Positions 14,684 through 32,414 are shown, counted from the stretch's first letter. The stretch is DNA of 64,000 nucleotides from Syncephalis fuscata S228 (GCA_025786725.1 JAHLTZ010000005.1:310001-374000), one strand, 5' to 3'. The notes: generated by a model from the sequence alone, not told the origin. Made by a program: numbers and translations.

Positions 14684-15037
14684 ATGCAATATTCAATCAT
14701 AGCTGTTTTTGCTGCCGTTACATTTGCCGCTACTACTGCTTCTGCAGCCGCAGTGGTGCCATGTCTTCACTTAAAGTGGAAAGATACTTGTCAAGCAGAG
14801 TGCTTGAAGATTGGCCCGAATATCCAATTCAATCGTTGCTACGACTTTAACGAAGCCAATCTTCTGTGCCAGTGCAATGACCAGAACCTGACAAGCAAGA
14901 TACTTGCCATGTTTAAGACCCCACAAAGTTCACAACAGACTACTTCACAAAAGCCACCACAAGCTATTTCGCCTAAGAAAAACAATAGAAATCGTAAAAA
15001 CAAGCACACAGAAAGCGTTCATAGAGTGTGCCATTAG
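14684..15037 (+). CDS. Small secreted Cys-rich protein, paralog B (no CBM; basic tail)
   Basis: Intact 117-aa ORF with signal peptide MQYSIIAVFAAVTFAATTASA and a 6-Cys domain nearly identical to paralog A. Confidence 0.85.
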   Translation: MQYSIIAVFAAVTFAATTASAAAVVPCLHLKWKDTCQAECLKIGPNIQFNRCYDFNEANLLCQCNDQNLTSKILAMFKTPQSSQQTTSQKPPQAISPKKNNRNRKNKHTESVHRVCH

Positions 15038-16381
15038 GAATTTGCATTATAATTTGGAAAATGAAATTGAATCAACGCGTCTTTAAAATAAATAAAACCA
15101 CAAATAACTAGTTATATTCATGTTGACAATTAGAGTATCTCATGGTCAGTATGAAAATTAAACATTTGTACACATTTAGCACATGATTTATTGCAATATT
15201 ACTTAATAGTAATATAAAGATATAACAATGTAGAAATAGTTCGTCCTTTTGTCATCATACTATCATTGCTATTTATATTCATATAAATAATCTACTTATC
15301 AAATTCATAATAATTTCTAATTATTCTTTTTAGTTCATTATAGCTAAACTGTGGTAATTAAATGCTATTAAAGAATAAGTTTATTTGTTGTCTTTTCGTG
15401 ATTTAAATCAATTGTATATTATTAATTTTAAATTGAAACTATGTTTTTTGTTCATCTACTAGTAAGTTGATACGATGTTTTTGCAGCAAGTGTTATACAT
15501 GCGCCATTATTTAGTTCATTTTAATACTAAAGTATGTTAGTCACATGATTTATCATACCAGTGTTATAAGAATTATAAATACAAATAGCCAAAATTATAG
15601 ATAATATTAAGAGTTTAAATTGTTTGTCATTTTATTTATTATTCCTAAAACTGAAGTATTAGCAATATTATCGTGTCTATGGCTATTTTTTCCAAAAATA
15701 ACATTATTATTATGATAAAACAGCAACTAACAGGCAAAACACATTTTAAGATTGTCACATGTTTATTAAGGTGTCTTGGTAAAGACTTTATCATCACTAA
15801 AAATGCTACTAATAACAATTTAAAAAAGAAATACTGTGTTGTTCATAAAATTTCATGATAGCCTAGAAATATTTCAAGTCTTTAGATGTTGCATTTTAAT
15901 TTTTTTATAAAGCCAAAATTTTATATAAACTTTAACACAGTTGTTTGTTAATTATTTTCATGTTATACTGCAACTTTATTGCTCACATTATAAAGCATCT
16001 AGAATTCAAATGCTAATGATCAATGACTGTTTTCCCGTAATCTATTAGTCAATTACGGCTAGGCTTTCATATTTATTTTTATAACCATTGTATTGGCAAA
16101 TCATGGCCTGAAATGCCTAGACAGTGGAAACCTAGCTGCGAATATTTGCCGAAAGGTACTGCGCGTAACTATGTCATAATCATTTGTCTGAGCCCTAGTT
16201 CTCTAAACCTTCTGTCTGTACTTTCTAGGCAATAAACATGCCGATTAATATATAGTCATGGATAAATTAAATACAAATTTATTAATTTTCAATTCATCGA
16301 CAGTATTTTCCAACTCTTTTGGCGACCTTAACACATTAAACACTGCACATCTGTTATATAAACCAACAACGTAAATAAAGA

Positions 16382-17559
16382 ATGGCATTGGAACATTCTG
16401 CAGCAATTCACAGCCATTGCGGCAACAATCAAGTACCCGATATGTTACCTGAAGAACAGTCACTATTAGGCCATCGCATCTCTGCATCGCCAAAACCATT
16501 GGTGGCCTTTCTAAGTACGTCGTGGGCACCGTTTAGGATCATCCGCCGTATTCAAAGTCACTATCGAGACTATTTGGCCGAGTTTTTCGCCACTTACATT
16601 TTCTTGTTTATCGGCTTAAGTGTTAATGCACAATACAAGCTCAATGTGCCGGAAATGTCTCCAATTTTCCATCATATTTTACTTGGGGATTAGCACTTAT
16701 GTGCGGTATTTTTGTTGGCCGTAGTGTTTCGGTAAGTATTAAGTATAAGGCATTTGAAAAAATATTATTAATTGATAAAAGTCTGGACATGTTAATCCTG
16801 CTGTTACTTTGGGATTTGCTCTGTTTCGCAATTTTCCCAAGCGTAAGGTGCTTGGATATTGGCTTGCTCAAGGCTTAGGAGCATTTCTAGCCGCCGCCAC
16901 AGTTTATGGGCTTTTCCATTCTAGCATCGATCGTTTCGATGGTGGCAATCGACAAGTGACTGGCGACCAAGCCACCGGCGACATTTTCTACGTTGTTCCC
17001 CAAACTGGTACATCGCTCGGGAATCGCTTCTCTATAGAAGTGATAGGTACAATGCTGCTCATGATAGTGATATGCTGCACTACTGATCGTTACAACAATC
17101 GGGACATTGGTGCCCTTTTTCCTGTTACTGTCGGTTTGATATTAACAGCTATACTCATGAGTTTGGGTAAGTTACAAGAGTTTCGAATTAATAACCAGCT
17201 AACACTAAAGATATTTAGCATACGAAAAAGGTCTTTCGTTAAATCCAGCTCGTGATCTTGGCCCGCGTCTATTTACTTTAATCTTTTATGGCGCTGGAGC
17301 GTTTAGTAATAATGGCTACTATTTTTGGGTTGTTAGCATTGCCCCCTTAATCGGCGCATGCCTTGCCTGCTTCTGCTACGATATTCTAGTACCATCTACG
17401 CCGTTGGGTGCGGAATACAGCGTTGATACATTGCATTCCAACGAGCTATCCAATGCCGAGTCCGGTCGAAGACACTATTTGGCCACATCATCTCGTCTTC
17501 ATGAAAATGGAGAGGAATCTGCCTTGAGGAACGAAGAGAGTACTATCTATCCTGTGTGA
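16382..17559 (+). CDS. Aquaglyceroporin (MIP/GlpF type), copy 1
   Basis: RDYLAEFFAT, GHVNPAVT and second motif NPARDLGPR (Asp after NPA is the glyceroporin signature), then GYYFWV..IAPLIGA. Two introns (about 16732-16780 and 17167-17218); frameshifts near 16670 and 17235. Confidence 0.92.
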
Positions 17560-18891
17560 ATAACATTCTAAAGTTTGGCAATAAAATTAACTGATTTTTT
17601 TCATTCGCTAAAATTGTAATAAATGTTTTCTTCGTATTTTGATGCTATTGCCTATTTAAATAAATATAGCTAGTTTTCTTGAATATTCTATGTATTATAT
17701 GTATTTGATACTTTGGCTGAGTGAAGTTTGTTATGTATTTTTTATTAAGCACAATACTTTATTGATGTGTTATATAAGTATACTTGATGTTATGCAATTG
17801 ATTATTATTATTTGTTTACTCTACTTCTTGAACAACTCTTTTATTTGTATTTCAATTTATCCATAATATTTTAATTCAAACTATTTTAAATTATTAATAT
17901 TAGTGTAGTAACAATAATAGTACTAAATCACTAATATTATTATTAAAATGAACAAAGGCAATGTAACTGTATTAAATGTAACTAACTGTAATATGTTTAT
18001 TTATTTTTATATTTAATTAATAAACTAAATAAAATATATGATGACATATTATTACTGTTCTACTTGAAGTAAACTAGCTTTAATAATTACTATAGTCTAT
18101 AGATCTAAACATTATTATTTATTACATAAAGGGTCATTTGTTACAAGTATAATAATACATTTGATCGGAATTAATGTTACCGAACTATTTACTATGCTAG
18201 CATGTGTTGAAAAAAGAACAATTTGTGTTACACCGAACAATAGCTTTGTAAAAGCTGAACTGATTGAAGGTATTGCCGAGTCCACCATTCCAACACTTTG
18301 TACTGTTTCAAAATTTTCTATTTAGTTATTTGTGTATCCAAAAAAATTGGAAAAACAGTATATTCACTCGCCATATATACATAGTACTATCGAGAAAAGG
18401 TAACTAACATTGATGACCTTGAGCATCTTGGGGCATTTGTCGTTTTACTGAAGTAGTCCACTTGTTATTGACAGTCACTATCACATCTGGTATCCGCTAA
18501 TCGATGAATAAATGGCTATTTAAATAGCAATGCTAGTTTAATATGACTTGTTTAATTATTACATACTTTATTCAGTCTCCCAATCAGTTGTCCTTTAACG
18601 AATTATTCTAATCGCTTCACCTGCAGATTTACTTGCTAACTAGCCATTAACAATATCGACGGTGGCTCACTTTGAATGATTTCAGCAACACGTTTTATTT
18701 TCACACACCTACACAAATCCACAGAAAATATTTGGACTGGTCCTTCTATACTTTTCTTCCCTTTGCTGCCTTGTCAACTTTTACGCTTTATTACTCTCGG
18801 GTTTGCCCACTTGACGTCTCTTAAACACCCGTGTCTACGCAGTTGTTACGCATCATTCTTGTCGAATCTTACAGCAGCCACCCTCTTAAAT

Positions 18892-20538
18892 ATGTCGGGG
18901 TATTCAATACCAATCGGATTCCCCTTTGATGGCGGCATTGGGCAATCAGGATCGTCATCGCCTCCTGGACCTCCTCCCGGACCTCCTCCTCCTCTTCCAA
19001 CCGGAACACTATCACTATTTGCTATGGACATGGACACGCCTACCGAGCAAGGTCAACTTCTGACTACGTCAGGTAGTCGCCAAGAGCGAGTCAGTCTGCC
19101 ATTCTCCAGTAAGTCTAATTGTCTTTAGACGAATAAGGAAGTGTTGTGGATTAACATGTGATAATTAATAGATGCTGAATCGATGTCTTTACTAAATCCA
19201 ACCAGTATGAATGGCCAGAATCAGCATTACGACAGCGGTGGTGGTGGCATGTCTACAGCATCGGCTGGTGCACTTTTATCGGATTTTGAACAGCAAGCGT
19301 TCAGCGAATTTTTAAATAGAATAAGTAGTACCGACGACTTTTCAATGCTAATGGACTCCAGTTGGTTTAGCAATGGCCCATTTGCTAGCTTGAACTCAGC
19401 TACTACAACACCGCCGACGACAAATAGCAATGACAACATTAATAATAGCTTGGATTTAAAGGCAATATCTATTGGCAGCTCAGCAATGCCGTCTACACCA
19501 AATGATATGCCAACATCCATGCACCCACTTACATATTCTGTAACATCGGCTGAACTGGCTCAATTGAATCTACCAATATCTTCTGCATTAACTACAAAGC
19601 CAGTGCCGACTCGCCTGATATTGGATTGATGACCAACATTGCTACGTCTAATTCAAATTGGTCACCAGCACATATGAATTCATTATCGCCTCAAACCTTT
19701 CCATCTATCACCATTGCGTCTTCTGTTGCCAATGACTCAACGACTAATCAAGTATTAAAATCTGTGCTGGCTGAGAAATCTGCCATTACAACTGCTATGC
19801 CGCAGCAGCCATTTCAACAGCCTAGCCAATCGGATCCAAACTCATTGGCTACAACCAACTATCCAGCTGTAACGTCAGAGTTGACGCCAACAAAGGATCA
19901 GCAAACATACAAAATCAAAACAAACAATGAAAAGTAATGGTAATAATAGTAGCGGTGGTATTCGAAAAGGTCGACGCAGCAGTTTACGACCTACATCACC
20001 ACTATTGTCACTAACCGTTGATACTCCGAGCAAGACTACGCGATTAGCTCCAGGACCGTCGCCAACATCACGGCCTGGTGCTACATTAGGCCGACCCAAA
20101 AAGCCAGCTCATGAACTCCTTACGGATTCTGAGAAAAAAGCGAATCACATTGCATCAGAACAGAAACGAAGACAGAATATCCGCGTCGGTTTTGCTAGTT
20201 TGACGACCATGGTACCCACACTGAGTCAATGTAGCCGTAGCGAGGCATTAATTTTACAGAAATCCGTCGAGTATATCCGACAACTAGTCCAGCAACGACG
20301 TGACATGGCTCAACGTATACACGAACTACGCAATAAACTGGGCGAACCTCAGATTGAACTGCCCGGCGATAACGAGGACTTTTTGCGTAATATGGGTTTA
20401 TCAGGTATAAGCGGTAGCAATAGCGGCAGTAACAGTAGTACAAGTAGCCACCATGGCCGTAGTCCAGTCATTAATAGCACCACGATTGGCCATCTTAATA
20501 TCCCCGCCTATTCAGACCACGATACAGCCAACCTATAG
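18892..20538 (+). CDS. bHLH transcription factor (fungal Ino4/Mlx-like) with long low-complexity N-terminus
   Basis: LLTDSEKKANHIASEQKRRQNIRVGFASLTTMVPTLSQCSRSEALILQKSVEYI followed by a coiled coil. Upstream ORFs 18892-19128, 19183-19629 and 19626-19937 link through one intron and frameshifts. Confidence 0.85.
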
Positions 20539-20780
20539 CTCCACCATCTTTGTCAACTACATTTAAGCATTACCTTTGCATCACCACCATTGCATAGCAA
20601 TCATTTAAATCATTCTATTTCTCTGTTTCCGTCTACTAGATGAGATTTTGTTACATATCATTATTATATTAATAAAGTTTGTTTTTGTTATTATCATAAT
20701 TGATTAATGTATCAAATTAATGGATTAAAGTAACTTTATTCCATAGCGCATAGCGGTTAATGTCGCTTCAAGTTGCGTAT

Positions 20781-21098
20781 TTAACCGCAGTGTTGACGAA
20801 GTTTCGTCTCAACATCACGGGCATCATCGCCAATCACCGTGTCGATCTTTCGGCCATTCTTGATAAACGCCACTGATGGTACCGTTGTGATGTCAAGTAC
20901 TCGCGCCACGTCTTCAACCTTGCCTAGATCAACACGAACCAATGGGACATCGGCCGAGTTGACCACTTGCTGTAGATCTCGTGGTGCGTCGGCGTGATTA
21001 CTGGCGCTTTGAGCGTACACCTCAACAAGTACAAGCTTGTCTTGTCCAAGCGAAGTGGCCTCGGCAAACTCGCCCAATGAATTGACTTCACGAATCAT
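20781..21098 (-). CDS. Thioredoxin-fold protein lacking the CxxC motif
   Basis: MIREVNSLGEF...KLVLVEVYA-QSASNH-...VRVDLGKVEDVARVLDITTVPSVAFIKNGRKIDTVIG is Trx topology with the cis-Pro (TVP); the WCGPC position carries no Cys. Confidence 0.8.
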   Translation of the reverse strand: MIREVNSLGEFAEATSLGQDKLVLVEVYAQSASNHADAPRDLQQVVNSADVPLVRVDLGKVEDVARVLDITTVPSVAFIKNGRKIDTVIGDDARDVETKLRQHCG

Positions 21099-21577
21099 AA
21101 TGAAAGATAAACTTTGATAAGCGATGGAATCGACGACGATAAACACGAGTATATCAAACAATGTTCTGTGCAAATGTTGTAAATCGCCGTCAACTTTACC
21201 TATTTATTCTTCAGCTATTCTTGTTGGCAGTGTGTAGCATAACACCGACAAATACAAAACTGAAATTAATTGTGTGCACTTATTCATTTGTTTCAGTCAT
21301 CTGAATTTATTAAGTTAGTATCGACGATTACTATTGCTACTATTCAAATTAAAACAAAACACCACTAAACAACGGTTTCGTCTTGGATCGATAAACAGAT
21401 TTAATATAGTAAACAGCAGTAGACAAAAAAGTAGCAATGATGGCAATCAAAATGAAGATAGCTGCTGATTAATATGAAAATAAAGATACTGTTCTAGATG
21501 GCAACTCAATCGATAGACGTGAAACTAATCTTGTTGTAGGCTAAATATTGCAAATCAAATCAAGAGAAACCTCCGTT

Positions 21578-23561
21578 CTATTCTTCCAAAAGCTCTTGGC
21601 CTACTAAATAAGTTCGCAGATTATTGTACAATTCCAACTGATCCTTTGGTCTTAGTCCAGTTATAATCGATTGCAGTATCATGCCCACTTCCAAGGTTGA
21701 TATCTGCCAATAATAGTTAGTAAGGCCAATATATATATATATATATATGTTTATGTTTATAAGTAAATACCTTAATAAAGCTTTGGAAATAAATGTGTGC
21801 AAAGCTTCCCATAAGGAATTGGCAATCCATACGATCGGTTAAGCCGCCATGGCCAGGAATAGAGTCGCCAAAGTCCTGAATAAAGCAATAATGATTAGTA
21901 AAAATATTAGTATGAACATAGCTTTTTACCTTAATCTTTACAGCACGTTTTAATCCACTGGCAAAAAAGCCGCCAAATGGTGCTACAAATGAGGCAAAGC
22001 ACGAGAGCAACAAGACATGCCAGTGAATAGGTGCTACAGGTACCTCACGAATATTAATGAATAGCTAATAAATAATAGATTAATCAGTTGGATATTAACA
22101 TTTAAAATAACAATGACCTACCCAGCGTAATAAAGCCGATAGCCAAGGACCAGGATTGATTAGAACTGGCTCAAATATCGGATTCAACTCACAATCTGAT
22201 GGATCAAATGTCCATGCAGACGAGGTCAGTCCACCAGCCGGGCACAACATGTAGGGCATTCGGCGTGTCACTTCTGTGAAAATAATACCCCATATCATGG
22301 TGCAGATCCATCCACCTAGAAAGCCTTCGACCGTCTTCTTTGGACTCAGTTTGATAAGCGGCGTATGACCCCAGAAGAAGCCGCAGATATAAGCAAAAAT
22401 ATCATTAGTAATTACCAAGGCTACTGGAATAAAGAACCAAAACATGCCCTCGAAGATATTATTAATGATGAAATGACATTGAACAACGACCAATAATAGT
22501 GTCATATGTGTCCATGCAAATTGTGTAAACTGGAATGCATAGTGGCCCTTTTTAAGATTGGCCACAAAGAATACAAATCCTAAATATTGTATTGTGTTAA
22601 TTAGCTGATTAATTACAAACTGTAACTAAATAATAACAGTTTCTACCTACCGATACAGTAAAAGCTAAATGATATAAATCTATGATGTGTAGCCAATGGA
22701 AGCAGAAAAGCATCAACAAGCATATATGTACGGAAATAGTAGATGATGGATTCTCCGTAAAAGTAATAGTTTGTTGCCATTAAGAAATACCTATTATATG
22801 TATTCTTATTAGTTTATAGATGATTTGACACGCCAATGATTACTTACCAATTAAGTGTACGGAACCAAGGTAATTTTCGTTCTTTAGAAGGAACATGAGC
22901 AATAAAAATGACTTCTTTGTAAACGACCGTTTGAACGGCAATGACCATAGAAACTACCCAGAAATGGCCAGCTGCCATGATAAGGAAGAAGCTGCCAATC
23001 ATAATGAGTGTCCAAAGTGTACGTACAGAAAAGTTGCGCCATTTTGCTTCACTTGATTGATTGGCAAGTAATCGACTGGCCTTTAAGTTAAATTAATTGG
23101 TTAGTTAAACATCAACATATGTTGTTGATAATAAAAAAATATCTTACCGCGTATTCCTGCTTTTGTTGCTGTTTATGCTGTTGCATATGTTGTTGATGTC
23201 GAGCGTATAGACCGGATACGCGACTACTACTATGGGGTGACATGCTGCTGCTTGTACCACTCATATAGTGAGTACCTGTTGGTGTTGAGAGATCACTAGC
23301 CGATTGCGTCGTTGGACTATGACCGCTGTTGTTCTGAGTCGTGGCATGTCCTCGATTATCGCTAAAGTTAAACGAATGCGAGCGTTCTAGCTCAAGATCC
23401 GACGAGTTGTTACGGCTATGCTGTTGTGACCGAGACGTTGGCGTGGTTGGCATCGAGCTACTGCCATACAGCCCGGGACTACTTGCCGCACTTGACGAGC
23501 TGCTCACTGCCGACATTGGCATGTGTAGGCCAGCCTTATTCCGATTGCGCTTTTTTACCAT
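21578..23561 (-). CDS. CDS1: Phosphatidate cytidylyltransferase (CDP-diacylglycerol synthase), multi-exon
   Basis: [47 protein letters not shown]|[20 protein letters not shown] and upstream [15 protein letters not shown]. Confidence 0.95.
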
Positions 23562-25199
23562 ATTAAATTTAGATGTCTAAATAGACACAAACACACACAC
23601 GCGCGTAATAAACGATGGTAAAATACAAAAGTAAAAAAAGTAAAAGACGAGTAAGTGAGTAAGTGAGTGAGTGAGTAGGTGAGTAAAATCAACGTAGGCA
23701 GGTAAGAACGGCAACAGCAGCACGCTCAAGCAAGTGATCCGTTTGACAGGGCAGCCAATAAAGAAAAAGGCGTGCTAAGCAAGTGTGGACAAGAGTAAGC
23801 AAGACGCGAACACGATGTGGTTGGCTTTTAATAGTAACTACGACAACACTGTAAAAGCTGTGATGTGGCACCGTTAATCTTATCCTTTTTTTGTTTAATG
23901 TGCGCGTGCTTAGCTATTTTTTATTGGTAACGGGTCTGCTGTTGTTGTTGTTCTAGCCACAAATCAACAAGACAAAATGATGGATTATAGGCAAATTAAT
24001 GCACATAGCATGGTCGTACACGCCTATAAACTAGGATACGTGGGAAGAGATGCGCACAGCTGACGTGTACAGCACCTAACAGTTGGTCAATAAAAATCAA
24101 ATAAATAGCCAAAAAGTTAATCAAATGTACACTTTATTTATTGTCGTCATCGTGTAAATGAAACGAGTAGTTCTTTAGTAACAGCTAAATCAAATGGAAT
24201 AACCAATCATTAATCCACTGTTAATTAGTGGGTCTATTCAAATTAATGAATTGTCATTCGATAATGTCGTTAAAGACTAGTTTCCACTTTTGGTCTTTCA
24301 ATGGGACCTGCCAAGTAATGTTATTTTATAACAATAAATACAAAATCCTAATTATCTATGATTGTAGATCCGGATTTGGGTTTGCCCTTTTAATCAGCTA
24401 TTTTGATTGGTAGTCAAATAAAAAAGTACCAACAATTAGTGCTGTTTAACTGCATGTCTGTAAGTCCTTGGCATGGTGTATAAGACTAATGCCTTCGGCT
24501 TTTGTCTTTGTTTTTTCGCCTTTTCTTTCGGCACGCATGTGTACCGATGCTGCCTCGATAAATATCATTTCCATACAACCGGGATCTTTTACGTACTCTC
24601 ATCGGTTAAACAACGGAGACAATTACCGTGGGCAATCTGGTAAACAATGACGGTTTACGATGTGAACTCATATTGACACCGACCATTTGTGTAGCTACTT
24701 TTGGTAATTTTGTATGTTGCCACACGGCCATTTCTATATTGGTATTTTTACTTTGATGGCCTATTCTACAGGCAGTCCTATGCAGCAAGGCGAAAGTGCT
24801 TGTTGAATCACTTTGCGGCATAAAGACACAACACGGGGTCACACGGGTTAGCTGGATTGGAAAACTCGTTTGTTCTGGTAGCGAACTTTGAAAATAATTT
24901 ATTTATAGTGCCCATTAATTTATGAAGTTCCAATTGTTTTTATATATTTCCTTGACGATCCTTTTACGCACACGCCTACACCTACAAGTCTATCTCAATT
25001 CAAACTATTTGCACGATTTACTGGTAAGTGTAGCAGCATACTTGGATGGTTATATAAGACTTTGTCCAATTAAACAACCAACTGACCAACTATCTATCTA
25101 TTTATCATTTCTAGCAACTATTCACTAACACATAGCCAAACAAGAGGCAAACAAGGGGATAACCAACCAACGCAACTAACCTCTACATAGCTATTAGCC

Positions 25200-26316
25200 A
25201 TGCCTGAAAACAGCGCTAGCCCTTCTCTCCAACATGCGATCGATCTTGAATCTATTATGATTAATGAAAAGCCACAGACCACTGTTCCACTTAAACGAGT
25301 AGCATCAAAGCCATTTGTCGCTTTTATAAGTCGAAAAGGCACGCTACTTTATCGTTTTCGCCAATTCCAATATGCCTATCGCGACTATTTGGCCGAGTTT
25401 CTTGCCACGCTAGTATTTCTTATTCTTGGCCTTGGTGTCAACGCACAATATACCGTCGGTGTGAGTTCACCTGACTCGTTTTTTGCCGGCATCTTTACAT
25501 GGGGCCTGGCCGTAACATGCGGTGTGTATGTTGGTGGCAGTGTCTCGGTAAGTAGCTTGTTTATTACCCCACATTCTATATTTACCATGCTAATTACTCA
25601 TGTTCGGTTCGGTTAATTAGGGCGCTCATTTAAATCCAGCCGTTACTTTAGGATTATATTTATTCCGTGGATTTCCCAGACGCAAGGTACTCGGCTATAT
25701 GCTTACTCAGATCATCGCTGCATTCTTGGCAGCTGCGGTTGTTTATGCTTGCTTCCAATCTGAGTGGAATATGTACGACGGCGGTGTGCGACAATTGGGT
25801 GGCGATAAAGGAACTGCTGGTATTTTCTACGTCCGGCCTAAAGAGGGCGTAACTCTTGGGAATCACTTTTTATCAGAGCTAGTAGGCACACTAGTTTGCT
25901 GCTGGTTATTAGCGCCGTGACCGATCATCATAACAGTCCTAATGCCGGCCCTGTAATGCCTATTATATTTGGCTTTATGGTCACAGCCATTCTATTGGCG
26001 CTTGGTAAGTAGCCATCGACATCAATAGTAGCATATAAACATTTATTAATAACGTGTATTTATAGGCTACACCACGGGCCATGCAATCAATCCTTGCCGT
26101 GATTTTGGTCCACGTCTATTTGCAGCAACAATTTATGGCGCGGGTGTTTTCTCCTACGATAACTATTACTTTTGGGTACCGATTGTGGGGCCACTCATTG
26201 GTGGGCCACTAGGCTGCTTACTTTACGACCTTTTTGTAGCATCAACACCATTGGGCGAAGAATATACCATGGAGCCGGTTGAATATTCCGAACTATCTGA
26301 AGTCCGTGCACAATAA
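25200..26316 (+). CDS. Aquaglyceroporin (MIP/GlpF type), copy 2, second motif NPC
   Basis: RDYLAEFLAT, S|GAHLNPAVT, GHAINPCRDFGPR, YYFWVPIVGPLIG. Same two intron positions as copy 1; frameshift near 25905. Confidence 0.93.
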
Positions 26317-27037
26317 GTCAAACTGTATTGTATTTCGTTATTTCAACCAAAACTATCATTCCACTTTAAATATTCGAAGCCGTCGATTACCTATCCATTA
26401 ACTACATACAACAACAACTAGAATTGCAATACAATTCTAGTAATGACCCAATGCTAATATACTATAAACTAGCACACAACTTGTCATTTGTAGCTGTCTG
26501 CATTGTCTTATTCCAATCTTATATATACACATGCAACAGCTGTAATTTATGGCTGTTTTGGAAATTAGTAAATGCGCTGCTATTAAACTAACACCTGTTT
26601 AAATAAATCTAGTTTGATGCTGTAATATTATATTTTAATAATTTACTGTAATAATAATGCTCAATTATATCTAAATAGCCATAGTAAATAGTGATCTAGC
26701 AAGTGTATAGTAGTTTATTCAATAAAATTGCTTAGTTAATTTATTCCATATTAGATGTAAATTATTACTTTTTTAAACACAATCACATGCTGGTTGGTTT
26801 TCGGATTAATCTTAAATGTATTAACCGAGTCGGTGACTATTACCATTAGCAGATTCCCATGTTTAATTAATACACGGCAATTGAATGCTATTGAGCCGCC
26901 AAGCCATAGATGCTTTCCTAAAATTAACCAATAGCACGTGCTTTTATTTGATTTTTTTATAATTTACCATTTGAATAATACGGCATCAGGCCTTAATCCC
27001 GTCGCTGTACCTCTACAGCCTGGCACTTGTCTTTTAA

Positions 27038-29571
<2,534 letters not shown>

Positions 29572-29686
29572 TGTATTTGTTTTATTAAAGGCTACACTGT
29601 TAATAAATAAGTTAAAATATTAAAATTAATTTGATTAATTGGTTTATTTAAAGTGCTGTAATAATCTATTTTAAATAGCAATATCG

Positions 29687-31123
<1,437 letters not shown>

Positions 31124-31323
31124 AGGCAGTAAATTACTTAATGGGAAAAAACTTGTAATAAAAAACAATTAAAATTTTAGATTATTTACCAAATTCACTT
31201 TGTAATTAAACAAGCTGCCGATTACACTATGCGAATAAATAAATAAAATTTGTATATAAAAACACATTAAACGTAAAATAGTGTTTTATTTTGATTTATA
31301 AAATTGCTAAGTGATTAACTAGA

Positions 31324-32414
31324 TTATGATCGGCGAATTGGTTTAGGATCTAAGAAAAGGTTTAGATTAGCGGGAGGTTTTTTATCTGATTCAGCATTCT
31401 TTAAGAACCACGGCAAGTTAAGTAGTTCCATTGGCAGTGAACGGGTAAGCGGCGAAGGCTGTGTGGCTCTTAAAAGTACATCATTAGCAAATGTATTCCA
31501 GTAGCCATTCAGACGTAACGGATTTAAATATTATTATTCATATCATCTGGTAGGCTACTTTTGAGAAGGGAGTACAGTGCATGGCCCCAATTCATTACAT
31601 CGCCTTTAACAAGGTCATTCTTTGCTGCTTTCAAGTCAGCTTTGGGGCTTGCGGATATAGGTAGACGAGTTGCCTTGCCAAAATTGACCAGCACTACACA
31701 GAGTTGCTGCTTATGATTGCGATAATCAATAATCGGTAGCTTAAGGAAATGATTTGCTATTGGTTTAATGTTTTCTTGATTTTGGATCTCTACCATAATA
31801 TCAGCCTCTCTCAATCCACCGTGCGTCCAGCCAGCAGCATGGATTGCGTCGTAAGTCTTAAGAATTTGTCGAAATAGCTCACGGGCTACAGTATCTTTTT
31901 CATTAGCAGCTGCAGAATTATAAACATCTTTCAACGTATATCTAACCTGTGACATTCGTGTCACATGGCAGTAGTAGCTTTTCTCAGCATCACCAATTAG
32001 TGGTACCGTAAAAACACCCAGCAACTTGGGAATATGGAGTTGTTTTGCAGCGATGTGCAAAGGTACATCGATTTGTTCATTATGATTTAGCGAAGATAGT
32101 GCATCAACTTCGTTTCTATACTCTTTCATATGTTCAGAAGTTACGCACTTTAATAGAGCTTGTTCTGAATTATCATCTCCCTTTTTACTAAATTCTATAT
32201 AAGCTGTGTATGGAAATGTTGGATCTTTGTTTGGGAATTCATAATGTAAAACTATTGAGTAAGGGCTGGCTAAAATATTTGGCTTTTTTGAATAGGCCGA
32301 TAACCTAAGATTGCCTTTGTGAAAGAAACTAGCCCAAGCCGAGTTACACGTCAACAGTAGGATTGTGGCTGATAAAATAGTAAAAGGCGTAGATAAAATA
32401 CGTGAGAACATCAT
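31324..32414 (-). CDS. Secreted protein-kinase-like protein (probable pseudokinase)
   Basis: Signal peptide (ILSATILLLTCNSAWA); ALLKC (VAIK Lys), NE in alpha-C, IPKLL, LFRQILKTYDAIHAAGWTHGGLREADIMV, LVNFGKA, DVMNWG. After a frameshift near 31525 the reading continues LLRATQPSPLTRSLPMELLNLPWF (subdomain XI) to a TAA at 31324. Confidence 0.8.

Noticed and set aside
16090-16240. Short inverted pairs upstream of aquaglyceroporin 1 (TGCCTAGA/TCTAGGCA, GGCAAAT/ATTTGCC)
   Set aside because: Only 7-8 bp, mutually crossing, with no target-site duplication; compatible with chance.
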